NCBI GenBank assembly: GCA_030704615.1
Contig: CM060733.1
Span: forward strand, 57,970,001 to 58,034,000
Direction of reading: 5' to 3'
Length of the DNA stretch: 64,000 bases
Source: Takakia lepidozioides
Taxonomy: Eukaryota > Plantae > Bryophyta
Shown here: positions 1-12,823 of the stretch, in pieces
Numbering within the stretch: the stretch's first letter is position 1
How the letters are laid out: each line of letters begins with the position of its first letter
Position numbers and translations under genes: made by a program
Notes under the pieces: model-generated
Databases searched by the model: none
The model's input: the letters and a program-made list of their open reading frames with translations, nothing else
Told to the model about the DNA's origin: nothing

Positions 1-226
1 GTCTTTGTTGTTTGTTTTTCTAGTGTGGTTTTCTCATATTTCAAACAAATGATCCAAAATTTTGAGCTATTGATGCCATCCACATGTCATCCACCTGGCG
101 GATAGGAAGTGTGATTTGTAGGATTTTTTGTTTAGCATTTCAATTTTCCAAATCAAAAGAAGAGAAGTCTGGTTTGTGGTGTAAGAAGTTAACATCCCCT
201 GACATGTGAGAAGAGAGAGAGAGAGG

Positions 227-1241
227 TAACTAAGAGCCACTTCGCCTTGCGGCTACTGCCCCCTTTTGGGGGTGAGCCCTATATGGCATGTGAGAAAACT
301 CTCTTCCTACATGAGAAGATGTCTCCCACAATATTGACCCAGTGTGGTATGACCAATATGTCATCATCCCATCTTTTGCCCGGAATGCATTTTGTTTTTT
401 TGGAATGGATGCAAGATCACACCAAGGATAGATTGGGAGCATATTCAATTAATTCGGAAATCATTTCATCACCCAAACCTTAAAAATTGGAAGTCCCATT
501 TGTAATTTTGGTGTGTGCGGCCCAAAAATAGGCCCACTTGCAAGGGTGGGTTTTTCTCAATTTTCACCTGAATGCCTTACAAATTGGCAGATTCCTTTAA
601 CAGGTAGGTATGGTATGGTATTGTGCGGTCGTAATTTTAAATTTGTGTTTTTTTTCACAATTTAGAAGGCTTTTTCAGTTTAAGATTGGGGTTTTGGAAA
701 GAAAAACAAATGACTACTAGGCACTTACGGTTTTCGCGACCGTGGCATCTTGGGTTTCAAGTGTGGAGCAATGATATAGTCTACAATAGTTCGCATTATG
801 GCAGACATCCCAACATTACTTATGCCGAATCAAATTTGAAGATTGAGCAAAAGTAAGATTGTTGAAAGTCGACTCACTTTCGCCTCTTCGTACAAGGGAG
901 TTCTTGCCTCCCTCTCCATGTCATTTGAGGGGGCCATTTCAGGATCATCGATTGGCCGGGTTCCCTCTTTATGGGATGCATCGGCGCCCACATGATGCAT
1001 TAAGAGATCCTTCATGGCTTGCACATCCTCGTGGTTAATTCCATGCTCATTGTTGTTGTCACTGTCACTATCATTGTCATTGTCATCATCGTTGGGGTGG
1101 CTAGATTTGAGAAACTACCATATCTTCATGAGGTACAGTTTTTGACTTTACATGATTAGTTATTATCATTATTATTATTATGTATATAGGGCCCACTCCT
1201 GAAAGGGGGCAATAGCCGCAAGGCAAAATGGCTCTTAGTTA
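227..1241. mobile_element. Putative non-autonomous DNA transposon bounded by ~57-bp imperfect terminal inverted repeats
   Basis: 227-283 TAACTAAGAGCCACTTCGCCTTGCGGCTACTGCCCCCTTTTGGGGGTGAGCCCTATAT is an imperfect reverse complement of ~1184-1241 (ATATAGGGCCCACTCC...GGCTCTTAGTTA). No transposase ORF, no clear TSD, superfamily not assigned. Confidence 0.5.
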
Positions 1242-2511
1242 TGTCAGCTTCGGTCGGAGTCATCTCTCTATCTTAATATTATTTTCTCTAAAGCATGTTT
1301 TCTAACTCATTTTGAATCACTATGTCTTTTTCCCCTCTCCTAAGAATAGGAATCAAAATTCAAATGTGTGATACATTGTAAGCTAGATATTATAAACCCC
1401 GTAGTTTGTAGTTTTTATACATGAAAAACCATATCTTCGTTGCATAATTTTCTCCATGACAGTTTCAATTACGAGCATTGCAGATTGTTGATCCAACCTA
1501 TCAAAACAACGTAAATGTTGACTGGGGGACGGCCGGGTCGTTGCTTACTTGTACGGCTACATATACCGATTCAAGAGGGTTCAATTACACTCACACATGA
1601 CAAGCCGCTGGAAGATGGTACCAAGGAACGTTAGTTTCTTGGGAAATTGATTTCAACGGTGCTTGTTATTATCATGGTAATGACAAGGAAAACTGTCGAT
1701 CAACTTGGTCTTGGTAGGTTGTGAACCATGTGATATCTAGGTTCAGAAGTGAAAAATAGCGTGATAGACCAAATATTCTAGCTGGATGTTGTGAATTGTG
1801 AATCAGCTTCAATGGAAATGGTCACAATGGTCGATGGAAGGTGGTCAAGATGAAAAACAAATAGACTTTCACTTAAGTGGGGGATGGGGCCCAAGGTGCA
1901 TGCAACGATGTCTGACTAGTGGTAGCACATGATGCGAGGTAGACACTTAGAGCAGATGTTTTTAGTAAGTAGGTGGTTGCATGAAAACTAAAAGTGATCT
2001 TGATGGATAGAGTGACGAGTAGTTTTTTGTGGAGGTAGAGGGTATAACACCCAACCATCCTATTTGTTATCCACCTCTCATCATGGTTTTTATTTAGATA
2101 GTGGTGGGCAAAAATGGTGGCTCCCTACACTTAATGGATTGGGCCGCCACTATATATGCTACCTTTGTCTCTTTTTTGTATGTGTTTACCAGCACACAAG
2201 TTAGCTTATGTGCATAAGTAATGAAGATGATTTGGAGCGGTACAATGACAAGTGGAAACCAACCAAAATTTATGACATGTAGTGATGATGTCACATTAAT
2301 GTTTCAATTATATTTTGAAGGTAGGTTCTTCCAACTTCTTGGATCTCCTTCTATGATCCTACTTGTTGTCACAATCCCATTATCTAGTCCTCAGATTGTT
2401 TGCTGCATTCATCCCCCTTCTCTCATATCTTTCGTAGATGTTCTAAAGCGCAACTACAAAGATATGCAAATGACTAAAGCGTATGATTGAGACTGTTTCA
2501 CCATAAGACTA

Positions 2512-2952
2512 TGTCATGGTTTTAGTCATGGTTATCTAGAATTACCTACTTCTAGTTAACTAGGACATTTTAGATATTTATATTTATATTTTGTGTGTTG
2601 GGACTTCATTTGGTCTCACATGCCAAGTGAGGTGTCGAGCCTCACTTGAGACATGGAGATAGGTTTTCCCCTTGTGAGTGTTGAGGAGGCTCATCTTCTT
2701 GTAGTTGAGCCTCCATGAGCCTCTCCCACCTCCATAGCTCTAGGTATTGAGAGGGAGTGTGGTGAGGGCTTTGTAGGGTGGATTGCTTTAGCAAAGGTGC
2801 CCTTGGCTTGACTTAGTTTATGTGATTGAGTGGATTCATGAGTGGAGTGTTTCCATTGTGTGTTCACTTCCATTATCTATTGTGGTATAGCTTTCTAGGA
2901 TTGTGTCGTGGACATCGATGTATGTTGTGGCACGATGCTTAGGTGTACGACA
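2512..2952 (+). mobile_element. Solo A-B repeat unit of a diverged relative of the split-direct-repeat gypsy element
   Basis: Starts TGTCA and ends CGACA like the 12305-24350 element read on the minus strand. Shares GGAGGCTCATCTT..GTTGAGCCTC, GGTGC(C/A)CTTGGCTTGACTT, the A-B junction TTATCTATTGTG and GGACA(T/G)CGATGTA in the same order. Flanks ACTA/GCTA are a 3-of-4 TSD match. Confidence 0.7.
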
Positions 2953-2984
2953 GCTACCGCCGAGATTGCATAAACACTCGTGGG

Positions 2985-3350
2985 TGTAACGATCTATGAC
3001 TCCAATTGCATTGGATATACCTGGGTGTCATTCATTCTCAAATTGACTTCCTACAAGTGTCACCTTCTTCCCACTGCAAATGGTGGCCTAACACTTTAAT
3101 GATTGCTGGAATGACCTCTCGTAGGAGTTCATACAAAGTTGCATCTCCAATGCCAAAAACTTTTTTGATCTCAATGGTTATGGCTGCCCACAACAACTTG
3201 TAGACCACTGCCCTACTCTGAGAGGAACATGCAATGTGGGATGAAAAGTGGTGTCATTCTTAACAATGACTGGTGCTAAGACATTGCACAACCAAATGAA
3301 AGTTCCAATGGTCATTATCATAACTTTCAGCCAACGCTCGTCATCATACT
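2985..3350 (-). pseudogene. PIF/Harbinger (HARBI1-like) transposase N-terminal remnant, frameshifted
   Basis: Manual translation: YDDERWLKVMIMTIGTFIWLCNVLAPVIVKNDTTF...PLRV/AVVYKL...VFGIGDATLYELLREVIPAIIKVL...NAIGVID. This fits the Harbinger HTH region leading to the first catalytic Asp (GAIDG motif). Confidence 0.6.
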
Positions 3351-3370
3351 ACATGCGGAAATTATAAAAC

Positions 3371-3592
3371 CAACCCTCGATGAGCCCAGCTTCAATGAGA
3401 ACTGGATGATTGTTAGGGCTGAGAGACAAGTTGGCTAGCACCCCCGCAGTGGCTTCCCTCTCTCCCTCTCACTCTGAATCCACCATAGCCAGTAGACTGT
3501 AGCACTGGTAATAGCTCGAGGTCAGCAATTTTTGTTCTTTCATTTTCATCCACCGAAATGTTCCATAGGACGCACATTGTTTGCTCTCTTAC
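3371..3592 (-). pseudogene. Isolated exon of an armadillo-repeat protein gene, with frameshift and stop
   Basis: After a TAG acceptor: VREQTMCVLWNISVDENERTKIADLELLPVL / LLAMVDSE*EGEREATAGVLANLSLSPNNHPVLIEAGLI, showing ARM-repeat LWNxS and AGVLANL motifs. Confidence 0.6.
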
Positions 3593-6205
3593 CTACATCA
3601 AAATATTGAGAATAGAGTTAGAAACATGGGCTATGGAGCTTGACTTAGTGGCCAAAGTCTTTCCAAATTAATCATTGTGTCAGCTTTATGAATCTCTCAT
3701 CTAATTTCATCACTTACACATTATCTGGGCCAGGCCACTCTAGAAGCTCATCATGGTCGTAATCCAAAAAGGCTTCAGCCACTTATGATTATTTGTGGAA
3801 CATAGATAAAGCTTTTAGGCGATGTTTCATCCACATACCTAAGGACTCACTTCCCTGAGGATGGTAAAAGAGCCACATAGAAAGCTGATTATAATGTTGC
3901 TTGATCAAATATAGCCTTCCTTCTTTTGGTCATGGTTATCACTGTCCTCATTGTCCTCATCGTATTCCAGCAACAGACATCTTTGTTGACGTCGCTCTAA
4001 GAATCCAAAGAGCTCTGGAAATTCCCCTCGCATGAATTCCAACAATAAAAATATCTCGCTTATAACGACGCGCATCTCATCTGTATTTATGCACATATCT
4101 AGTTTTGAATATGCAAGAAATCATAATGAGTTTGTAGGACTACATATCAGAGTGTTCTCTTTTAAGTTAATGAGCCAACAATGCAAAACTAAAAACCTGA
4201 CATCTTTATGCTAAATTTGAGGCAAAGATTGGGAAATTTAAAGCAAAAGACAAATATGTATATCTTATATTCTGATATAGTAGATGGACGTTGTATCAAT
4301 TTGAGCAAACATATGAAATTCAAGATACTTGACAAAGTTGTATAAACGATTCTTTGAGTCCTACAAAAGATCCACTTGTGGCCATATTTGGATATCAATT
4401 GCAAAGTACTCGAGTGGCTTTGGAATAAACTATGTTCAATATATTATTTTCATGTTCCATCCAAAAACTGTGAAGGATGAGGTGACTGGACTGTGTGTTT
4501 CAAATATGAAATGTATTATACGCAATGTCTATGTATTTGCAATCCATTAGGGGAACACAAAAGAGGGGAATCCATAATATATGTCAGCTTTGCACACAAT
4601 CTCTCACACGTCCACACGGGTTGTTGTAAATGTTTGTTTATTTCCATACATACCTTAATTTTCAAGGACAAAACTGAGTCTAATGCTTGTAAAAATAGAT
4701 GGAATGGTAGCATGGGTTAGACCACTGGTCGAAATTTGCAAATTGAGTGTGCATGATTGACTATGTGCAACAGGTATGCTCGTTTCCCTTAATGAGATTA
4801 ACATATATCAGTTTTGAACATTGGTTATTATATTTATGAATCACATATACTATTTATTGGTATGTACCGACAAAATTGGTAGGTTGTCATCATTTATTGG
4901 CTCCTCCCTATAAGTAAGGGAGAGACCATGCATTGGTGCCAAAAATGAGTAAGATCCTGATATACCTCCACTAGATAATACCTACATGAAGCAGATGATC
5001 CTCCCCCACTTAAATGTTAGCTTGAATATACTTTGATTGGATAAGATCCATAACTGAATCTTTTGCTCTTAGAGAGGATGTTTGACAGAGTCGCGGCCAT
5101 CAAATGTGGTTGAGTGGTGTGACAGATCTCTTGCAATTGAGGATTAAACCAAAGTTGTATGGTCTGCCAGCATAAATGAAACGAAATGAAATGGTACTTT
5201 ATAATGTCCGTGGAAAGTTCAAAGAGCTTATGGGACAAAATGGGAAAAAAAAACCTGAGAGGGGAATTGAGACCAAAGCCAAAAAATAATCAGAGAATGA
5301 CTCCAATTGCACACAGATTTGGAATGTCTGTGGAGAGAAAAATCTTCAATTACTATTTGATTAGTCAGTTAACAAGGTGTTGGAGCATGCACAGATCAAC
5401 ACGGATGAATCAAAGTTGTGTTGTCTTTTCAGTTTAGGGTTTGCTGTCACATTTTAGGTTTCACCTTGTTCATGTTATCTTCTAGGCTTCCTCACTCTCT
5501 CTCTCTATTTACAGTTTTACAGGTTTTTTTTTAATTTTAATTTTAATTTTAATTTTAATAATAAAAATAAAAATAAAAATATTATTATTTATTTAAAAAC
5601 AGGGGACCTGGCCCTGGTTGGTAACTTTATTGCTGAATTATTGAAGGGAAAAAAATTAAAACCCTTGAGGCTGCCATAAGGCATTTCGCATGAGAGCCAT
5701 GCATGATAACTGAAGTTCGTCACTGAGGATTCTTCCCTGATATTCCGTAAGAAGAAGTAGTGCTCTACCGGCGTGCTGCCTATTAAATTGGCTTTACAAG
5801 CCCTAGGGAGGGTGTGTGAACCCCTGGAAAAACTATGTGATGGGAGCATAGACTGAGTCGAACTGCCGACTAAAAGACTACTAGATAGAGCCAGTAAATG
5901 TTCCAGTCCAAGACCAAGCAATGGAACAGCGCATACTGCTCCTGCATGCCAAGAAGAAGAAGCCTAAAAAAAAGCCTTGCATATATGCCTGACTAGGGTT
6001 AAAATAAGAAGAAAAAGAGATAGATGGGGAGACGAGAGGGTAGGGTAGGCGCGAAAAGAACGTTGTGGAGATTGTGAAGTGGAATGGGGCGGCCGTTGGA
6101 GCTGATTAGGGGAGGAGGAGAGGGTCAGCCGAGCCAGAATGAATCGAAAAGCTATCGATGGAAGTGGAGCTGCATTGCAGAAGACGAACGGACATGTCAG
6201 ATCTT

Positions 6206-9200
6206 TCAAATTCTGGGGAGGCCGAAGAGGAGACCTCTGTGTCCGTCCCAACAGCAGGAGAGTTTGTCTGCCCATACACAGGAGAGGTCATTAGAGCAGC
6301 GACAAATGATTCCCTCCTTGCCCCAATTGGCGCAGAAGGCAGAGATGAGGGTAGGCAGACGTTGAGTTTTCTTGGCAGCTTCTGCACACAGTGAGGCCCA
6401 TGCTTTTTTAGCAGCAATCAACAGATCAAAGAAAACTAGAGATAAGATTGCTGACACAGAGGTGTTCTCATTGTTGATTGCCCAGGCACATCGACTTTTC
6501 CAAATGTTCCAGAGTACCGAGCTTCTGAGAGACTCAAAGACAGGGCAGTCAGTGACTTTGGATTTTTGGCTTTTGCAATAGTTAAGTAAGATTGTCATGG
6601 ATCCAAAGTGCAATGCACCATCGGCCAGATGGATGTTGGTGTCACGGACATAGCCCAGAGGAACTTACCAGGAGTAAATACCAGAAGTTACGAAGTTACC
6701 ATAGTATCGGAAGTTTCCATGACTTATCATGATTTACCATTACTTACCAAGTTACCGGGAGTTTATCAAATTACCAAGAGTAACTTGGGAAACTACTCAT
6801 GAAGCTTCCTTTGGAGGAAACTTCTCCATCAAGATACCTCATTTGTTTAAGGAAGCTTCTCCATCAAGAAACCTTTGTTTAATCTTGGAAACTTCTCCAG
6901 CAAACAACCTCCATAGGGGAAGCTTCTTAGTAGCCAGTATATATAGGAGGCGAGACTGGATACTTTTCAGTCTCGCCAACACCAGTTCAAGCTACTCTTG
7001 TTTCCAGTTCCCAGTACCCTAGCCCGGTTTCCAGTATCTGGTACTCTAGTCCAGTTTCCAGCATTCCAGTATTCAAGTCGTGTTCCAATATCTTGTACTC
7101 TTGTTCATTGTTATAAAGATCGTCTTGATTCCTATCTACTCATCGTGCATTCGGCCATGCCGACCTTGACTTCTGTCTAGCCTTGTACCTCTAGTCTTAT
7201 CTCTTGTTTGTGTTCAGTCATGTTCTCAATCTTAACAGTTGGTGCCAGACAGTAGAGAAGGTAGTGTTCCAGTGTTTCTATTGTTTGATTTGTGCAGCAG
7301 TGACACATGAGCGCATCTTTGTAGTTCAGAAACTGGCCCACTTTGAGAACCATGTTTGCTACTTGCCATAAGAATGCATTGATTTTGGCTGGCTTTGTCT
7401 TATCCCAGATGGTTGCCCATATGCCCTTCCAGTTCTCCTGATTGAAGTTTTCATGAGCCCATCTGCCTTCCCATTTTGAGATAGGAGGGCTAGCTTCGAG
7501 CATCGCTCTGTAGCCCATCTTGGCAGTGTATGAGAACATGGGGTGGAGCTCTTCCTGGAAAGCCCATTTCCATTCTGATGGGTCAAGTTGCAATGTAGAA
7601 ATGCCAGAATTCCCAAATAAGACAAAAGGTCCTTTGCTAAGCCAAGTAAGGGTGTTAATCCCTCTGGGAGCAGTAGGATTGAATACTTTGTCCTGGGAGG
7701 TCCAATGGCAAATACGAACCAGGGTGGTATTGAAGGTAGGGACTGAGACTAGGTCCTGACTGGAGAGACAGAGACGTCCTGAAAGGTCATTCGTTGTGAA
7801 GCAGAAACCCTTGAACCAATGCTGAGAAACCACGGAGACGTAGAAGACCTGCAGAGAGGGAGGATTGTGCATAACCCATTGACCAGGATGAAAATCACCT
7901 TGCCCTACTCTGAGAATCAGTTTCCAGGTGTCTGGGATGGAGAGGATGATTTGAGCAATCCCGGATCTAAGGCGGGTGGTCCCTAGAGCTTGCTGTAGCG
8001 ATTGGGGGGAGCTGACCCATAGATTGTTGACTGTCGAGATACCCCTAGATTCCCAAGCTACCCATTTCTTTGCTGTTTGTCTTTCCAAAGAGAGGGGTTC
8101 GGTTCATTAGGAACAAGTGTTGTCTTAGAGTTTCCTGGAACGTGGATGGGTCCTGTTTCCTCAAGAATGGCCTGAGGGGATTCCAGGAGTTCCAGATTGA
8201 AGACCAAAGAGGGGAACCTGGAGATTTGTGGTTGAAGCCTTGCAGCAGCCAGCGATTGGATGCAGGCCAAAGGACACGTTGCAAGGGTGAGGAGGAGGAA
8301 ATGGTGGATGAGACCATGAGCTTCCACCAGCCACCCTCCGGCCCTATGAATCTGGGAATCCATTTTCCCAAAAGAGCCTTGAATTCTGGATCCAAAACAC
8401 CTAGGCCTCCCATTTTTTTTGGAAGACATATTTGGGCCCAGGAAACTTGGGGTCCTTTATTCTGGGTGGAAGACTCCGCCCTCCAGATGAAGTTCCTGAT
8501 TAATCTTTTGATTTCTTTGATGAGTTTCGACCCAGGTCTCCAAGTTTAAGCAAAGTACCAGATCCCTGCCAGCAATATTTGGTTGGCAACTAATGCCCTA
8601 CCAATGATGGATAAGCGACAGGACCCCCAGTAGCCCAGGTTGCGTTTGAGCTTCAGAATTGTGGGGCCTATTCGCTGCTCTTTAGATAGCGAATACCAAA
8701 AGTGTGCCCCAGTAACGTGGTGGGCTCACCTTCTTTAAGCCATTGAAGCCCCAGATGTTGCCCCCAGGAGGGGTTGGCCCCTATGGCAGATTTAGAGATG
8801 TCACCGAGAAGCATGGCTTTGGTTTTGGACCAGTTAACTCTAAATCCAGAGACACTGCAGAAGTGAGAGAGTGTACTTTCTGCCGCCGATAGGGAAGGAT
8901 CGTCGGCTTGAAGCAGCAGAAATGTGTCATCTACAAACATGGAATCCTTAACCTGTTTGTGGTGGTTATTTCTTGGGTTCTGCAGGTTGAGGCCTCTCAC
9001 TTGAGTGTTATTGTCCAGCATGTGACCAAGGGTATCAGCTACAAAAAGGAAGAGAAAGGGCGCTAGAAGGCACCCCAGTCTGACTGAGCGTTGTAGCATG
9101 AAGGGCCTGGACAGATGCCCATTGATCATGACTCTACTGGTTGCTCCCTGAAGGAAAATCTGAACCCACTGGCAAAAGCCAAGTGGGATGCCTGATTTCC

Positions 9201-11070
9201 TTAAGACCGCCATGAGAAAAGACCAATCTACCTTGTCGAAGGCCTTTTCAAAATCCAGGAGCCAGAGGACAAGTGCCTGGCCAGAATTGCTTGCATAGTG
9301 GTTAGCCTCCTGAGCCATGAGGACGTTGTCTAGGATGTATCTTCCTTTCACATAGCCTACCTGACCAGACCTGATCATTGAAGGGAGAAGGGGCTGAATG
9401 CGGAGCGCTAGGGCCTTGGCAATGATCTTGTAGGCGACATTGAGCAAGGTGATGGGCCTGTAGTTGGAAAGGTTAGCTCTGTCACCTTTCTTGAAGAGCA
9501 GAGTTATGACCCCCTGAGTCTTGGAGTCAGGCATAAAGCCTTGGGCCTTAATGGCATTGGCCATTTCGCAGAAGTCCTTGGAGATGGTCGACCAGAGAGA
9601 TTTGAAAAACTCTACTGGCATACCATCGATCCCAGGGGCTTTGTTGTTGTTCAGGGCTTTAAGGGCATCCTCTAATTCTTCAGGGGTAAGACTTGCCTCT
9701 AGAACGATCGCTTCCTCTGCCTTCAGAGTAGTGGGGATGGTTTGAAGGCAAGCAGCAAGCCTGTCTGGGTAGTCATGGTCCTTCAAGTCTGCCTGAAAAC
9801 AGAGAGGAGAAGTGATTGAAAGCAGACGCGCACATTTGCCTGGGGTTGGAAGAAGTGTTACCAGGGAGATCCTACAGAGCTTCACTTTTTGGATGAAGTA
9901 TTTGTTCATTTTTTCACCCTTCGTTGACCAGTTGACCCTTGCCTGCATTTTCATTTTGTTTTCTTGCTCTGTGTGGTAGCAGTCCAGGTTATGTCGGGCT
10001 TCCAAGTATGACTGAAACGTGTGCGCGTCGCAAGATTGAGATTCAATTCTTCTTTGGCAGATACTTAGGCATTTTTGGAGGGCTCGAGCTTTCCTTTTTT
10101 GTGCCTTTGCAATGGCTCGGTTGAGGTCTTGACCGACTTTGCAAGTGGCGGCGAGCTTGGCTTGGAACCTCTGGACTGGGCAAGGGTTGTGGTTTGCAGT
10201 GGAGAGCCAGGCTGACTTAAGGCCATCAATGAAGGAAGAGATTCGAAGGTGGGAGGAGTTGAGCTTGTAGATCCCTCTACCTCTAGGGTGGGAATTGGGT
10301 AGAGTGAGGGATGCAGACACCCGTGCATGATCAAAACCTTGGGGAATAGGATCCTAAGGGCATAATCGGGTAGCATGGGAAAGGGAAATAGAGGAGTAGA
10401 ATCTGTCAAGCCTTGCCATGCAAAGAGCATTAATATCTCTGTTGTTGGTCCAGGTGAAGAAGGGGTTAGCCCCCAACGGGTAGCTGGGGGGTCCTTCCAA
10501 TTCTGCCAAGCTGTGAGACTAGATCAGAGACTGCCAGGAGAGGTCTTCTTCAGGGCTTAGGTGAGTTGCAGTACTCCCCATTCTGTCAGATTCCTTTTCT
10601 GCCATGTTGAAATCACCCGCCACAATCCATCTGCATATGAAACTGTGATACGCCATCTAGAGGTTTATCTTGGCCCAGAGATCCGCTTTGAGAAGAGAAT
10701 CGTTTGGCGCATATATGTTGATAAAACCTGTAGGCTCAATGTCATTAGGGAACCTTAGGGAGCAAAATTGTGCTCTCCCTGGCTCCCAGATCTCGTCTTT
10801 GATGAGAAATTGGTGGATGGAAGGGGACAGAAGAATCGCGGTCCCTCCTCTAGTTCCTTCAATAGAGGGCTTCCAGAGAGGTGAAGCTTTAGGCCAGAGC
10901 TGATTGGTGAGCTTTAGAATTTTCCTGTCACAGAGTTTGTGTTCTTGGAGAAAGACAATAGCCTAAATAGTGATGAGAGGTGCCAGCCAGGCTAAGAGCT
11001 TGACTTTTTTAAGGGCCATCTGGTCAGAACCCAGGCCCCTGATGTTCCAAGAAGACATGCTAACCTGCAT
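6206..11070 (-). pseudogene. LINE A ORF2 (APE endonuclease - reverse transcriptase - zf-RVT), broken by stops, frameshifts and a solo LTR
   Basis: ORF pieces 10963-11274 (SWNIRGLG), 8668-10320 (RT motifs), 8045-8413 (GGLGVLD), 7177-8088 (CHCC..ETLEH..LYC) and 6206-6613 (WNIWKSR). Confidence 0.85.
6640..7237 (+). mobile_element. Solo LTR (598 bp) of the Tcn1-like chromovirus family
   Basis: TGTCACGG...TTAACA termini, 5-bp TSD GTTGG (6635-6639, 7238-7242). Highly similar to the LTR at 33108-33739. Confidence 0.93.
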
Positions 11071-11407
11071 CGCAGGATGGAGACAGCCTGATGGGATGAG
11101 ACTCAATTGATGGCTTGGGTGAAGCGAAGAATCGAAATTTAGTATGTTTGTCTGTGGGCTTTGGGGAGGGACACCAGTGGAGCCCTGGGGGTTCCACACG
11201 GATGGGGTCCTTGAGGTGGACGAATATGACTTGGGTGCTTGGCCGACAGGGTAGAGGGTTGCATGTGTCGTCAAGAAGGATAAATCTGTTGGAATCTTGA
11301 AGGGATGTTTTAATGGATTCTATGGTGGGCTGGGGGTTGGTAGGCAAATTTAGAAGTTTGGAGAGGTGATAAGGAGGCAGTGGGTAAGCGGATGAGGGCA
11401 GCAATTT

Positions 11408-12304
11408 CTACTTGTTGCCTCCAGGGGTAGAGGGGAGTGACTCAGGCGAGAGACATAGGATACTGCATACCTTGTCAGAAAAGAACGAAAAGAAAAGCAG
11501 GGGAATGGATTGAGCGTGGAGTGGGTGACTTACAGGGAAGGATGGAGAAAGGAGCGGAGCCGGTGTCGGGGAAGGCAGCAGAGTTGTGACTGGGTGGAGG
11601 GGCCCGGCGTGTAGTTGAGAGACTTCTGGCGACTGCTGCGTGAAGTATTGCGAGATCTGGAGGTCTGATGAGCTAGAGGTCGACCAAGAGCCCATGGGGA
11701 TGTAGCTGGGGTTGCCATAGTCTTCAATTCTCTTTCGCTCGATTTCCTCATTCTGCGCTTCAATTTCCATGTCCAGATAGGCCTTAAGAACTGTGAAGGC
11801 ATTTTTTAAGGTGTCATTGGACCTGGTTAGGACCTTGCTTGGAGTGTAAGGACCTTCAAAGTGGTCAGCCTCTACCCATACCCCTGGGAGAGTGGTTCCA
11901 GTTTGAAGAAGCTGGTTTTCGTCCACGAGAGCCAAAATATTGGTGTTTGGAGACAGGTCTTGACAAAGCCCAGGGAAGGCCTCAACGTAGGAGCCCCAAG
12001 TGACCAAAGAGTGAGAGAAAAGAGAGTAGAGAGGGAGGTTGGAGTTGAGATAGGCCTGAATCTTGTTGCAGAGGGTCGGGATAGGGGAGCTGTCCATGGG
12101 GCTCTTAGCTATGAATGAGTGGATGTCCTGCACCGAGATCCATATTGAGTCAAAGTGCATATTGTCCCTGGCAGTGACCCTGAAAGCTAGGTTGGGTTTC
12201 CTTCTGAAAATCATCGGGGTAAGACAAGTGGCGACTAGATCTTCCCTGGTGACTAGCTGCGAACAACCTTTGAGAGAGAGCGAAGGAAATGTTCCCAGAG
12301 TGGC
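11408..12304 (-). pseudogene. LINE A ORF1, C-terminal part (downstream of the 12-kb insertion)
   Basis: Removing 12305-24350 plus one TGGC restores the frame ...AHNPTIAKICA/TLGTFPSLSLKGCSQL, homologous to LINE B ASNPVLARICLQLQTFPKLALAGCSKL. Confidence 0.85.
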
Positions 12305-12494
12305 TGTCGTGCGCATACATATCGCTACACAACTACATCGCTGTCCAAAACCACACAACACATGTGCACACCACACACTAGTATACCACTAGTCTACCAC
12401 TAGTCCAGCCACTAGTCCAACCACTAGGCTACAACTAGTCAGTCACTAGGCTGCCACTACGCTGCCCACTATGGCAGTCACTAGTCCACACAAT
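12305..12494 (-). repeat. Split direct repeat B2 (190 bp, 3'-terminal)
   Basis: Identical by eye to 12824-13013; rich in ACTAG motifs. Confidence 0.95.
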
Positions 12495-12495
12495 A

Positions 12496-12821
12496 GATAA
12501 AGAAGAAGAATACAAGCATGAGCTCATGCGAGCTCACAAAGCTGAAGCATAAACTCATGCATATATAACCTCATCACTCAAATACAAGTCAAGCCAAGTG
12601 CACCCCACGCCATGGGGAATCCACACTACGGCGCCATAGCTAGGCGCGGTGAGGCTCATCTCGAGAAAGATGAGCCTCCCGCGCTTGCCGTGAAGATAAC
12701 CACTCCAGGGCCTAAATCTGCCTTGACCCCTGGATTGACACTTGGGCCAATCCCAAATGTCAATATGTAAAAGCTAGCTATTTCCTAGCTAGTTTCACAC
12801 TAGTGGTAAAATAACTTGACA
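12496..12821 (-). repeat. Split direct repeat A2 (326 bp)
   Basis: Matches 24025-24350 with 5 substitutions counted by eye. Confidence 0.95.
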
Positions 12822-12823
12822 GC

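Noticed and set aside
1400-2100. Possible copia integrase remnant (GCYTLY...)
   Set aside because: One weak motif only.
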